From Lama glama (Eukaryota), in NCBI GenBank assembly GCA_028534125.1, contig CM052817.1:106022001-106086000 (forward strand): DNA of 64,000 bases. Direction: 5' to 3'. Below are positions 41,130-52,866 of the stretch, one piece after another. The notes beneath the pieces were generated by a model. It was not told where the DNA came from. It did not search any database and saw nothing but the letters and a program-made list of their open reading frames with translations. The position numbers and the translations under genes were made by a program. The first letter of the stretch is position 1. Every line of letters begins with the position of its first letter.

Positions 41130-42305
41130 CAAATGTTTTACAACTCAGAAATTTTACTATTGGGCATTTTCCCCTGAGAAATAAAAAACTCATGTTCTCC
41201 TCAAAATTTGTAAACAAATTTTAATAGGAGCTTTATTTTTTTATAAGCAAAAACTGGCATCATCCCAGATGCCCTTCAATAGGTGAATGGTTAAACAAAT
41301 CAAGTTATGTGAATACCATGGAATATTACTCAGCACTGAAAAGCAATGGGCTATCAATACACACAACATGGATGAGTCTTCACCGAATTGTACGAGTGAA
41401 AAGAATCCATCATCAAAAGTTGGCATACTTATGATTTCTCTTATATAACATTGTATAAATTGTGGTTAAATATAGCTAACATACCATTTGCTGTTTTAAC
41501 CATTATTAAACAGTGTACAGTTCTGTGGCTCTAAGTACATTTACATTATTGTACAACCATGATAAACAGCTATCTGCAGAGTGTTTTCATCTTCCCTAAA
41601 TGAAATGGTACTGACACATCATTAAACCCTAACTCCCCATACTCACCTCTCCCCAGCCCCTGGCAACCACAATTCTCCTTTTTTTCTCTATAAATGTGAC
41701 TCTTAGAGGTACCTCCTGTAGATGTAATTATGCAAGATTTATCTTTGTAAGGCAGAATTATTTCATTTAGTGCAATGTCCTCAAGGTCTATCTCTATTGT
41801 AGCATGTGTCTCAATCTTGGTTCTTTTTAAGCCTGAATAATATTCCATTGCATGGACATACCACAGTTTGTTTATCCATTCATTCATTAGGTAACTTTTT
41901 AAAATGAAAAAAAATTTATGGAAATGTAGGCCCAATAAGTTGTCAATTATTCAGAATGGAGTTAGCATTGGGGAGGAAGTGGTGCACTTGGGAAAAGGGA
42001 ACGTGAGGGCTCTTTGTAGTGATAGAATCATTCTTTGTGTTTTCTGAGGTATTGGATACCCAAATAGATGTGATAAATTGTCTAGAACTAGCGCACACAC
42101 AAACCTGTGTTTATACACACACTCAAATAACTACATGAGAAGCTGCAGAAATCTGAACAAGGTTAAAGTCAGTATCTTAGTTACCCTTGTTACAGTTTCA
42201 CAAGGGTTTACCATTAAAGAAAATTGGGTAATGTGTACACGAGATCTCTCTGCACTAATTATAATGACTATGTGTGAATCTTCAGTTTTTTCAAAATAAA
42301 GTGTT
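41130..42305 (+). mobile_element. Old L1MC-type 3' end, split by an antisense L1MB insertion
   Basis: ORF2 C-terminal motifs (cccagatgcccttcaataggtgaatggttaaac...atggaatattactcagc); 3' end gatctctctgcactaattataatgactatgtgtgaatcttcagttttttcaaaataaa. Confidence 0.8.
41456..41890 (-). mobile_element. L1MB-type 3' end nested in L1MC
   Basis: tgtggttaaatat...gtgtacagttctgtggctctaagtacatttacattattgtacaaccat...ccccagcccctggcaaccac; ORF 41570-41935(-) contains EWINKLWYVHAMEYYS. Confidence 0.85.
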
Positions 42306-42399
42306 TAGTGAAAAATAAAGAGAGAATTTCAAATGTCTCATATCTTTTAGTAATGTAATGGGTACCCTTAGTCATGGCAGTACTTGACACATCTGATAA

Positions 42400-42900
42400 T
42401 GAAGATTGATAAGAAACATCCAAACAAGACGGGGTCATAAAGCTTTCCCAGGGGGATAAAAAGGTATCTGAGATAATATTAAAAGAGAAAGTATTCAAGT
42501 GAATCAGGAAGGCAAGGTGATTGAGGTCCTTCCAGGCAAAATAAATAACATTAGGAAAACCATACAGGTGTAAATCTGCATTCACTGAAGAGAGTATTAG
42601 TAGCCAGTTTTGTCCATAAGTGACTGAGCAAAATAGGGAGGGATAAATAAAGAGGAATTAAATCAGAAGAAGACATATAGAATATTTGGGATTAAACAAC
42701 AATGTCTGGCCTACATCCTGAAAGCCCTATAGAGCCACTGAACATTTTTAATAAGGAAACTGTGGGATCCAACTTGCATTTTTGAAAAAAAAAATCATGG
42801 AAGATAGTTAATTTAAAGTTATTTAGAATGGAAACTGGAAAAACAGAATAGAAGCTACTGAAATAAATCATCATAACATTTTGCTTCTATGAAAGTGAGG
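42400..42900 (-). mobile_element. L2 LINE fragment
   Basis: Purine-rich L2-like motifs (aaagctttcccagg...ttccaggcaaaataaataaca...agagccactgaacatttttaataagg...ccaacttgcatttttgaaaa). Confidence 0.55.
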
Positions 42901-43515
42901 CCAGTAGAGATAGGGAATCAGAATGGAAAATAGGGAACATGATACAGTGGGAGCTGAGAGGGAAAGAGATGCTTACGTCCCACGGAAAGATATGAAAGAC
43001 CGCACACTGGGGGTCACAGGGCACGATCTAAAGACAGAAGGGTCTACAGTGGTAGCATCACATGTCCGGCAACACAGAGTGAAGGAAAGTTGTAAAAGGA
43101 AAAGTGCAGAGCAGAAAAAATGTAAATGTTCAGGACCAGGAGACAGTGGCCAGCCTTATCTTCCAGAGGTAACTACTGTGTGTATGTACCATTAATTTAG
43201 TTCACTTAATCACCATAAAAATGTCTTTTCTCAAATACTTAGTTTTGTTTCATGTTCTAAGAGCCCTAATCAGGCTTCATCAACAATGGGACTATCCAAT
43301 TTTGTGTGGAAACCCTTAACTGTATGATCTGTGGCTTTAAAAGAAAGATGTAAGCACCTTGCAATGATGTGACCTTCCTGGACGAAATGATTGTCCTGTG
43401 GGCTTTAACACGCTGTTTTTGATGGTGGACTTCAACAAGTTCTTTTTGACTAAGTAACTCTCATAAATCCAAAACATTGATTGACATACCTGCCACTTTC
43501 CCTCCTCTCATTTTT

Positions 43516-43745
43516 CCCTATGGGGCCTTTTTGGGAAGACACCCCACCCATGTTCTCTGCTTGCCTCTTGTTTTCTTGTGTGTAGAAAAGCTGTAGTCTC
43601 CAGGACCTCCCCTGATGGGGATTTGCAGGTATCAACTATTATACATAAAACAGATAAACAACCAGGTCCTACTGTGTAGCACAGGGAACTATATTTAATA
43701 TCTTGTAATAATCTATAATTAAAATAATAGGAAAAGGAGGAGATA

Positions 43746-43778
<33 letters not shown>

Positions 43779-44397
43779 CTTAATCACTATGCTGCACTTT
43801 AACATAACACTGCAAACTGACTATACTTCAATAAAAACAAACAAAAACCAAAAAATGAATTAATGATTGAAAGAATATGAACACATAGTGACCCAAAAAA
43901 GTGACATTTAGACCAGGAAAATTGGTGACAATTTAGTAAATCAGCATTACAGTGGTCACAGAGTCTTTAGTTTCTCCCTGAAGCACTTAGCTAACACTGT
44001 CTGATGCACACTCCTGAGTTGTTTTACAGATGCTAAAACCCCCTCCAAGAGGAAGAAGTTAACTGCCTGATGACCAGAAGCACGTAGCCCCCCACACCAG
44101 CTGGAGCCTGAGGACAGATGATATTTACCCCTTGGACACTACCCTGTTACCTCACCATCAAGCAATCAGAGAACTGTCAGAGGATAATCACACACTTGGC
44201 AGCCCCTTGCTCACACCGACTTTAAAATTCTTCCCTAAAACCCATTGGGGAGTTCAGATTTTTTTGAGAACTAGCTTCCTACACTCTTTGTTTGGTACCT
44301 GCAATAAATGCTGCACTTTCCTTCACCACCACTCAGTGTCAGTAGATTGTCTTTACTGCACACAAGGGCCAGCGGACCCAAGTGTGTTTCAGTAACA
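43516..44397 (+). mobile_element. ERV1 solo LTR (MER41-like, cetartiodactyl type), interrupted by an L1 tip
   Basis: ccctatggggccttttgggaagac near 5'; caataaatgctgcactttccttcaccacc; ends gcggacccaagtgtgtttcagtaaCA. Confidence 0.8.
43616..43855 (+). mobile_element. Short L1 3' tip inside the LTR
   Basis: aaaacagataaacaaccaggtcctactgtgtagcacagggaactat...gactatacttcaataaaaac with A-rich tail; internal (TA)n. Confidence 0.92.
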
Positions 44398-44418
44398 TTA
44401 GCTTTTGAGAAATAGAGA

Positions 44419-44489
44419 CCATCGTCACCCTCAGCAGCATCACCATCATCATCCTCATCATCGTCATCATCACCCTCATCATCATCATC
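44419..44489 (+). repeat. Imperfect (CAT)n trinucleotide repeat
   Basis: catcaccatcatcatcctcatcatcgtcatcatcaccctcatcatcatcatc. Confidence 0.9.
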
Positions 44490-44599
44490 CCTTCATAGTT
44501 TTGAGATCAGATTTATAGTAAATCAAAACCGTATCATGTTAGAAAATATTCTATCTTCTCTGGAGACATTGTGAAGACAAGATGAGACACTGACATAGT

Positions 44600-44868
44600 G
44601 AAAAGTTCCATGAAGGCAGAAAATTTTAAGTGCTAAACATAGCCCAGTCACTTACCAGTTAAACCATGGGAAATTGCCAAGGTGAAAAACAAAAGTCAAA
44701 AACAGCAGTTCCATTTTATTCTATGTATGCATAACTTCTTGAACTCAGTTTCTTAATTTTTAAAGTCAGGTAAATAATTCCTTTGTTGTAGAGAATTAAG
44801 TTAAGGCAATATTTGCATAATGCTTGGAATACCTAAAAGACTAAATAAATAATAGCTATTTTATTAAT
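44600..44868 (+). mobile_element. MIR SINE fragment interrupted by a MADE2-like element
   Basis: cttgaactcagtttcttaatttttaaagtcagg...gttgtagagaattaagttaaggcaatatttgcataatgcttgg...aataaataatagctatt. Confidence 0.65.
44653..44727. mobile_element. MADE2-like mariner MITE
   Basis: agttaaaccatgggaaattgcc...aaaacagcagttccattttattc resembles the palindromic ~80-bp MADE2 consensus. Confidence 0.5.
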
Positions 44869-45513
44869 TTCGGTATATCTCTGTACTCATTTCATTGTGC
44901 TTTACAAGCTGCCACTTAATCCCCCTAGGATTAATTTAAATGCAAATGTTGCATTCAGATCTTAGCAGTTGCATATTGGGGGAAAAAAAAGGTTAAGACT
45001 TTGAAATAATGATAAATACTCTGTTAACTTTAATTGTTATTTTCTAAGAAGCATGCAAGAGACTGTGACAAGAACATCACCACAGGCAAAGGTCTATTAG
45101 CCAACTAGACCAATAAAAATTATACCTCTTGTCAAAATCGGAAGGGCCAGTAATCATTAACAAGCCTTGTAAAGAATTACAGTATTAATTTGAAAGTTTA
45201 TTTTCATTCACTTGTGAACCTTGGGCTAATTCCAGAAGTCACGTGAAGGAAATGGAAATGCCGCCTGTCTAATTTCCCTGACTGCTTCATGCATAACAAG
45301 AACAGGGTTGACTCTCCAGTCAAGAAATCAATTATTAAGCAGGGCAGACATTATTTTAATGCAGAAGAAATGTGTTTCTAAAAGTTTGTACTGTTGTTGT
45401 TAAATGGATTCTTTCCTTCTCAACAATTTCTGCAGCCACAAACCCACCCTCTCTCTTTCTTTCTGTAGCAAGATTTCTACTTAGGTAGGAAGGATTTAAA
45501 GTAAACATGACAA

Positions 45514-45668
45514 GGGGGAGGGTAAAGCTCGGTGGTGGAGTGTGTGTTTAGCAAGCATAGGGTCCTGAGTTCAATCCCCAGCACCTCCATTAAAAATCAA
45601 TCAATCAATCTAATTGTCCTTCCCCCAAAAATCCAAAAAAAACCCCAAAAACTAAAAAAAAAAAAAGA
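45514..45668 (+). mobile_element. tRNA-derived SINE (camelid Vic-1-like)
   Basis: gggggagggtaaagctcggtggtggagtgtgtgtttagcaagcatagggtcctgagttcaatccccagcacctcc plus tail; degenerate TSD. Confidence 0.92.
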
Positions 45669-46229
45669 AAAAGTACACAACAAAATAACTAGCATTTCTA
45701 TACATGCTTTTTTCATTACATTAGACTATATATGTTCAGTTTAAATTTAACTATTTATCTCAGATAACTAATCTGGGGAAAAAACTATAAACTAAAAATA
45801 GACAGATACAAAAACCTTAAACATCATTGTCTAGTGGATAAAACTAAGTCACTTATAGAGTGTAACTATCATCCCCTGTATAATACTAAACAAAGAGGTA
45901 AACATTGAGAAATAAGTTTGCAAATCTCTTATCTTTTACAATGTTTTATGGAAGGCAAAATTAGAGAGGAATTGTAAAGATTAACCTTAATGGAATCTAC
46001 TGATATTGTCCCAACATCACATGATGAAGGTGGACTTACTATTGTTGGCCTCAGTCTTGAGAAAAACCTTCTTCCTGAAGAGTAGTCCTCTGACTTGAGC
46101 CAGGAAGCTTGACTTTAACCTTCAAAGCTACATTTTCTTACCATTATCTCCCTTCCTCTATTTCAAGTCCTCTGGGGAAGGCACGACACTTAATGGGCCG
46201 AGTAATTTTTCCCTCTTTGATCTTTCTTT

Positions 46230-46400
46230 TTTTCTTAATGTTTTATTTATTATTGTACTATTTTTAATTATTTTACTTTGGAAGGTGGGAGGGGGAAGAT
46301 AATTAGGTTTATTTATCTTTGGAGGAGGCACTGGGGATTGAACCCAGGACCTCATGCATGCTAAGCATGCGCTCTACCACTTGAGCGACACCTCCCCACC
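46230..46400 (-). mobile_element. tRNA-derived SINE (camelid Vic-1-like)
   Basis: ctggggattgaacccaggacctcatgcatgctaagcatgcgctctaccacttgagc; TSD ttgatctttcttt/ttaatctttcttt. Confidence 0.93.
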
Positions 46401-46749
46401 TTAATCTTTCTTTACTACACTTTTTTTCCCTTCTTGTTTCAGCTTTTGTCTCATCATTATCTTAAGTCTTTAATGATATAATTACTGAGTAACAGACTGA
46501 GAAGACACTTGAGAGGGCAAAGTCTTGTTTTCATGCCATCTGGATTTCTATTATATGTGTGACTCACTCTCTAAATAAATCTCTATACACTATGTGTTCT
46601 AAAGTATAGAATACCCTCAGTAACATATCACTGGGATAAGACCATTTGATGCTTAAATGATGTACCACGTGGATATTATGAATATCAAAAATTTTTTGAA
46701 AGGTAACTATGCACTAACATTACTCTGTATGATGTTCAGCTATAAATGG

Positions 46750-46885
46750 GGGCCCTTTGAAACCCCATTTACTGTTGAAGAAACTAAGAAATGCAAAGAA
46801 TTCAATTTGCCTATTATCATATAGTCAACCAGTGTCAAGATTTGATTCCAAGCAGTCAGTCTCCAAAGCCGTGCTCTGAATCTTC
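46750..46885 (-). mobile_element. MIR SINE fragment
   Basis: ccccatttactgttgaagaaactaag...gatttgattccaagcagtcagtctccaaagccgtgctct. Confidence 0.75.
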
Positions 46886-47221
46886 ACTCATTATCCTTTG
46901 TTTTATCATGTGGGACGTGCATCACCCATGTGCCTCTCTCTATTACATTGACAGCAGATAAAGTATTAACATAGTCCACAAATTGTATCTCACTCAAAGA
47001 GAAGTGATCATTATGGTCTTCTAGATACTTACCTTTATATATCTGAAATTTGTATCTGTGCATACACACCATGATAAAAAAACAACTTAAGGGCTACTTT
47101 TTAACATGGTTGCATATCTCACAAGAAAATATATGTCTAATCTGTATTTTTTGGTTATGACACATTATGGAAAGAAATACATTTTAGAATAGAATAAACA
47201 TGGCAACATGCCTTTGGTTTT

Positions 47222-47360
47222 TCATTTTCTTTTTTTTTTTTTTTTGGAGGGGGAAGGTAATTAGGTTTATTTGTTTATTTCTAGAGAAGGTACTGGGGAT
47301 TGAACCCAGGACCTCAACCATGGTAAACATGTGCTCTACCACTGAGCTATATCCTCCCCC
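47222..47360 (-). mobile_element. tRNA-derived SINE (camelid Vic-1-like)
   Basis: tactggggattgaacccaggacctc...gtgctctaccactgagctatatcctccccc; exact 17-bp TSD aacatgcctttggtttt (47205-47221 / 47361-47377). Confidence 0.95.
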
Positions 47361-48503
47361 AACATGCCTTTGGTTTTACAGAAAGTAACATGCAAAATAA
47401 TTTTCTTCAAAAACATGGCTTTAACAGTCTTTTAAAAATGATCAGTTTAAATTTAAAAAGGATAAACTAAAGTTTCCAATACTCAGATTGTGAATTCATC
47501 TTTACCACACGATTTTATTGCTCCTTTGACTGGGACTGCTAATGTCCACCGTAAGGTGGAGAGGTGCTAATGTCTCCACAATCCCCGAAAACTCTTAGCC
47601 TGCCTATGAAGAACATAAATCTCTTGCCAATCCATTTTATCTTAGTACAAAGTTTTTACAATCTTATTTTCAAAATAATACATTTCTGCAATACCGCATG
47701 AGTTCTCAAAATCACTGTTTTTGGTGTTAACAGCCCTGAATACAAGTTTACACATCATTGGTTTCTTTGGGGGTTGGCAGGAGCTCACCATGTTTCTTGT
47801 AAGGGAAGGATTTCATTTTGGCACAGGTCCACAGAGAAGAAAACACACTCTGCTTGCTATTTTCAGTAATACCACAGAATAGAATTAGCTCTCATAATAT
47901 AATATAAAATAGAAATTATATGTGATAGAAAATATATATGAATTAATATTATACTTACCCTAATTGTTTTGCTTGGTGTATATTAAGCATCTTTAAAGGA
48001 CTATCTGAATATAGAAATGAAAGCATGAAGCATGAGAAAGTATCATCTCTCCTTCTTCCTTCTATTTTTTTTTTAACTTACTTATACTTTGTGATACTTG
48101 GACTCTTAGGAAAGAAAGAAGTGATTAAATCCCCTGTGCTGGTGTTAGTGTTACCGATCAAAGAAAAGGAAATGAGTGCATTATCTTTCTTCACTTAGGG
48201 AAAAAAGTCATAAAATGAAATTTGAAGTAAAAGTAATGAAAAACCCTCCTGTCTCTTTATTCTGGCCTACGATTAAAATTCTTTTTGTGCTTGCTAAATG
48301 AAACATACCTTGCAAGCAAAGCAGGAAGAACAGTGGCATCCGAGTGTGGCAGATTTTGAGTTTGAAGACTGCTGTCACTCCCCAGGCTTACCTGTGGGCT
48401 TTAATCTGCTGTCAGGGGGCAGCCCTCTGGCTGGGAGCACAGATAAGAATATTCCACCAAGTTCTCCTGCAAGTAAATCAAGAAAACAACTGTGCTTCAC
48501 AAC

Positions 48504-48506
<3 letters not shown>

Positions 48507-48541
<35 letters not shown>

Positions 48542-48572
48542 TATATATATATATAAATATATATGTATATAT
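48507..48572 (+). repeat. (TG)n(TA)n compound microsatellite at an L1 tail
   Basis: gtgtgtgt...atatatat. Confidence 0.95.
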
Positions 48573-48760
48573 ACATTTAATTGAAGTGTAGTTGATTAGA
48601 AATGTGTTAATTTCTGCTGTACAACATAGTGATTTAGTTATACATATATACGTATATTCTTTTTCATTATAGGTTGTTATGAGGTATTGAATATAGTTCC
48701 CTGTGCTATATATTAGGTCTTTGCTGTTTATCTCCTTTATATATAGTAGTGTGTATATTC
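48573..48760 (-). mobile_element. Short L1 3' tip
   Basis: ttaattgaagtgtagttgatt...attgaatatagttccctgtgctata...gtttatctcctttatatatagtagtgtgtat. Confidence 0.9.
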
Positions 48761-50664
48761 TTAAACAGAGTTGGGCAGTGTAGGGTTACTCATTCCAAGC
48801 AAATTTAGTATCTCCTTTTCCTGTGACAAAGCCAGATACTGCAGTCAATGCTTTAATAAAGAAGACCCAGTGTGGTTGTGAGTGTAGCTCATTTGCCCTC
48901 AGTTGTTCCACAATGACACCCTGATACTTGGCCATGTGCTCATTTCTGTAATTTAACTGTGGGAAGACTCCTTAGGGATCTTCGTTTTCTTACTTTGAGT
49001 AGAAGGTGTTGCTTGGGTGTTTTTTGCCAACTTCATAATGACCACAATAATTTGTAAGTGTTGGAAAGACGTACTATGATGTGAACAGAAGTAAAATTAT
49101 TCTGAATGCAAAACAATTTGCTATTAAGAATCTCTTAATTGCCTTTGAGACGTAAGTTCTTCTTTAAATATTTATATTTTCAAAATATTAATTTGAATAA
49201 GTCAAGAAGCCCCATCACCAACAAAGACCTCTTCTGCTACATGGCTAAAGAATCTATTTCCAGCTTATGTATAATAATACAAACAACAGCATAGTCTCCA
49301 ATTGTGATTTGAGTTCCAATTGAGAGTTAGTCATCAATAAGACAAGGAACAAAGTTGTGTTACTACATTTTAAATCTGCAGAATTATGTCAAATTCCTAG
49401 CTTTTAAATTGTCTTGGCTGTATTTTTTATTAAAAGAGAAGACCGAAGCATGGCAAAGCTGATTTGTTCCAGGCATGCTAGAGATATCAGAAGTGAAATA
49501 AGCTGTATTAGGTGCTAAGTTGAAAATGATTAATTGATCTGCTCTGTTATATCTTATTACTCTCCCATATGCTATTAACTTAAATAGATGAGTTTATCCT
49601 CACTTACCCTGGAGTGACTTGAATCTTTTCTGAGCAATAGTCAAAATCAGAAGGCATCGTTTGTTACAAGAGAGAGATTCAGGACCAGAAAGCCTGAATC
49701 TCAATAAATCTGTTTCTCTAGATTTCCTGGTAACTTGGCAGAATTTAATCTAAATTCATCAGATATTCAACTCTCACTACTTCTAACCTGGTTTCCCATT
49801 CTCCAGAGAGCGATTTGTATTTTTCTTGAGGATAATAAGCTAACAAAGGCTCCTTGGCACCTGGTAGATCACCTCAGTCGAAAGGGTCATGGTCTCCATG
49901 CATATTGATGAGTGAAACTCTTTTCTGATCAAGATTTGTGTTTGTGTGTGGAATGTGTAATAGTACAATTAGCCTTGAGTGTCCGAGCAACATTCAGTTT
50001 CAACACTTTGACCTAAACACACGGGAAAACCAGAGTTTAGCCCCTCTGGTACTCTCTTCAGGGTTCAGAAAGGACAGAAACGTTTCTGTAATCCTTCTCC
50101 TTCCCATTCTGTGTCTGCCCAGGTGTGAGGCCTTAGTCATGGGACACATTTTGTCACCCGCATCTGTCTCAGGATGTCACTCACAGTTTATGTGCAGTCT
50201 ACAGAGTGTGACAGAGTCTCTCCGCCTGACAGAACAGGTCTTGGCAGTTCAAATGTTTCACATCAGCTGGCAATGATGGAGCCTTTCTCAGTAACTCCAG
50301 CCCAAGATGAAATTCTGTAAAGTCTCAGGGATATCATAATCTGAACTGTTCTTAAACTTACTAAGAAAGTTTTTTTTTCACAGCCAAGAGAGAGAAAACT
50401 AAATATATAAGAAAAGATATTAGCAGATAACAGCCTACAGATGCCAATGTTACATATCTGTGTAGATCTCCAAAAACCAAAGGTTACCAACATTAATCTA
50501 ATGCCATTTCAATACTAGCAATATGTAATAATATTGCTATAAATAATTATTATTTATATTTTATATATTATATAACTATGTATATTATTATACAATTATG
50601 TTAATAGTATTTATAAATTATTATATAATTATAATAATACAATTAATTAGTATCATTATTATAC

Positions 50665-50885
50665 AAACTCTTATTGAATCAAGGTTTACAATGTTCCAAG
50701 GATTCTTTAAAGTAAGCTCGTTATATATTGTCTTTCAAGCTATGAATATTGTACTCTTTTTGCACAGATTAATGAAAAAAAAAACTAAGATTCAGTGAGT
50801 TTAAACCATTTGCCAAGTTAGCTGATAACTGGCATAAGCAGGGTTCAAATACATGTGTCTGATAGCGTTAAAATCCAATTTAAGT
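50665..50885 (-). mobile_element. MIR SINE
   Basis: ttttgcacagattaatgaaaaaaaaaactaagattcagtgagtttaaaccatttgccaag...gggttcaaatacatgtgtctga. Confidence 0.7.
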
Positions 50886-51179
50886 AACAGACAGTCAATG
50901 TTAACTGAAAATATGTATTCCTCACAATTAGTAAATATGTATTGCAAACTGGTAGAAATCCTATGCACATCAATTTGGAAATATCCACCACAGCATAAAC
51001 TGAACTAAATATTTTTTGTACGTGCATATGTGCAAAGCTTCAGCAAGCCATATGTTAAAGATCTCCAATGAAGGCTTTTTCAGTAAGGAAAACAGCAGGC
51101 TGGACTACAATGGAGCGATGTGAAAGAACGACAGTGATACATCTCTGCTGACGTGGAAAGATCTTCATTAAGTTTTCTT

Positions 51180-52765
51180 TAAATGAAGCTTGGAGTAAAG
51201 GAACACAGGAAACAACAAAGCTGAACCCTGCATTTGCCTGAGCTAACTGATGAGAGAGAGCTCCAGGCATGCTGACCCCTGAGTGGAAGAGAGGGAAACG
51301 GGCACTGGAGGATGCCAGGGGGGCCAGAGTTCACAGGGCAGAGTATCAGAGAAGAAAGAACCCAGCACACACGCAAAAGCGCATGAAATCTGCAGAGGAA
51401 GCCAATCAAGTCAGTGCACGCTGAGGAAACCAGTAAAAGCCCATGCTAGGACAAGCTGCGGGGGGAATCTAGTTAGGACTGGGGGAATCCATCCAAATAG
51501 ATAGAAATAGTACCCAGAGCTCAAAAAATAGCTGAGTGGCACCCCTCACGCACCATGGGATATTTCTAGGGCACACACAGTGTTTTACTGCAGTTTGAGG
51601 GAAACTTGACCAAACACTGACCTTGTACCACCTAACAAACCTAAAAACTTCCAAAGGATCAAATTCTAAGTAATGTAACAAAATACTAGATTAAAGCTGA
51701 GAAATATTTATAAGAACACAAATATCCAGCATACACTAAAATTCAAAATGGCTAATTTTCAATCATAAGTTATCAGGCACTCAAAAAAAGAAGAAAAGAA
51801 AGCCCATAATAAGGAGAAAAATCAATCAAAATCAATCTAGAAATGACAGAGGTGGTATACGTAGTAAACAAGGGCATTAAAAGTTAAATAGATAAACAAG
51901 ATTACACTGTATAGCACAGGGAAATATACACAAAATGTTATGATAAATCACAGAGAAAAAATGTGACAATGAGTGTGTATATGTCCATGAATGACTGAAA
52001 AATTGTGCTGAACACTGGAATTTGACACAACATTGTAAAATGATTATAAATCAATAAAAAATGTTAAAAAAAATGTAAGATAGTTTTAAGATTACTAAAA
52101 TATATTGAAATTCATTGTAATCCTGAAAAAAAAAAGTTAGCTGTAGTCACACGTTCAAGAATCTAGGTGAAAAATAAAGCATGTTAAGTATACATCCGGA
52201 CAGTATTTTTTTAAAAACCTTAGTTGCAGTTTAGAAGTTAACACTGCAATGGCTCAGATGAAAAAGATAATATGTGGGATTGATGTCAGATTAGAAACTG
52301 CAGAAAAAATATTGGTGAGCTTAAAGACGTAGCAATAGAATCAATCAACAAAAATGAACAGAGCCTCGGCGAGTGTGTGACAACTTCAAGTGGCCCAGTT
52401 TCTCACAGTGGGAGTCAGCAAAGGAGAAGGTAGGATGAAAAATACCTCAAGAAACAATGGTAAAGAGATTTCTAAATTTGATGAAAACTAAAAAGGTAAG
52501 TTTTAAATACCCAATGAGAGAACTTCAAAGTGAAAGAAGGCAGACATAAAAGAGTAGATACTGAATCATTTCATTCACATAAAATGCATAGTAATGGGGG
52601 CTGGAAGTGGAGCTTACAGAAGGGCATGAGGATATTTTGGGGGCAAATAGATAAATTCATTATCTTGATTGGGGCTATAATTTTGTGGATGTACACACAC
52701 ACCAAAACTTACCAAACTGTATATATTATATGTTAAATATACATTAATAAAGCTGTTAAATTTTT
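51180..52765 (+). mobile_element. Old L1M (5'/ORF1 region plus 3' end), host of a young L1 insertion
   Basis: aatgacagaggtggtatacgtagtaaacaagggcattaaaag...gattagaaactgcagaaaaaatattggtgagcttaaagacgtagcaatagaa (ORF1 coiled-coil); 3' end tattatatgttaaatatacattaataaagctg. Confidence 0.75.
51887..52131 (+). mobile_element. Young L1 3' tip with 3' transduction and second A-tail
   Basis: L1 3'UTR to caataaaaaatgtt(A)8, then 52 bp non-L1, then (A)10; TSD aaaagtta at a TT/AAAA site. Confidence 0.85.
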
Positions 52766-52840
52766 CAGCAGAGATTAAAAGATAAAAAGATAAAAAGACT
52801 TATTTTGTGTGTGTATGTGTGCATGTGGAAAGAGAGAGAA

Positions 52841-52866
52841 TACACACACACACACACACACACACA
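52841..52866 (+). repeat. (CA)n microsatellite
   Basis: acacacacacacacacacacacaca. Confidence 0.95.

Noticed and set aside
26680..47360. tRNA-like sequences with A/B boxes
   Set aside because: They carry A-rich tails and TSDs, so they are SINEs rather than tRNA genes.
50520..50665. AT-rich quasi-repeats (also 23970-24030 and 37300-37395)
   Set aside because: Low-complexity DNA with no defined unit.
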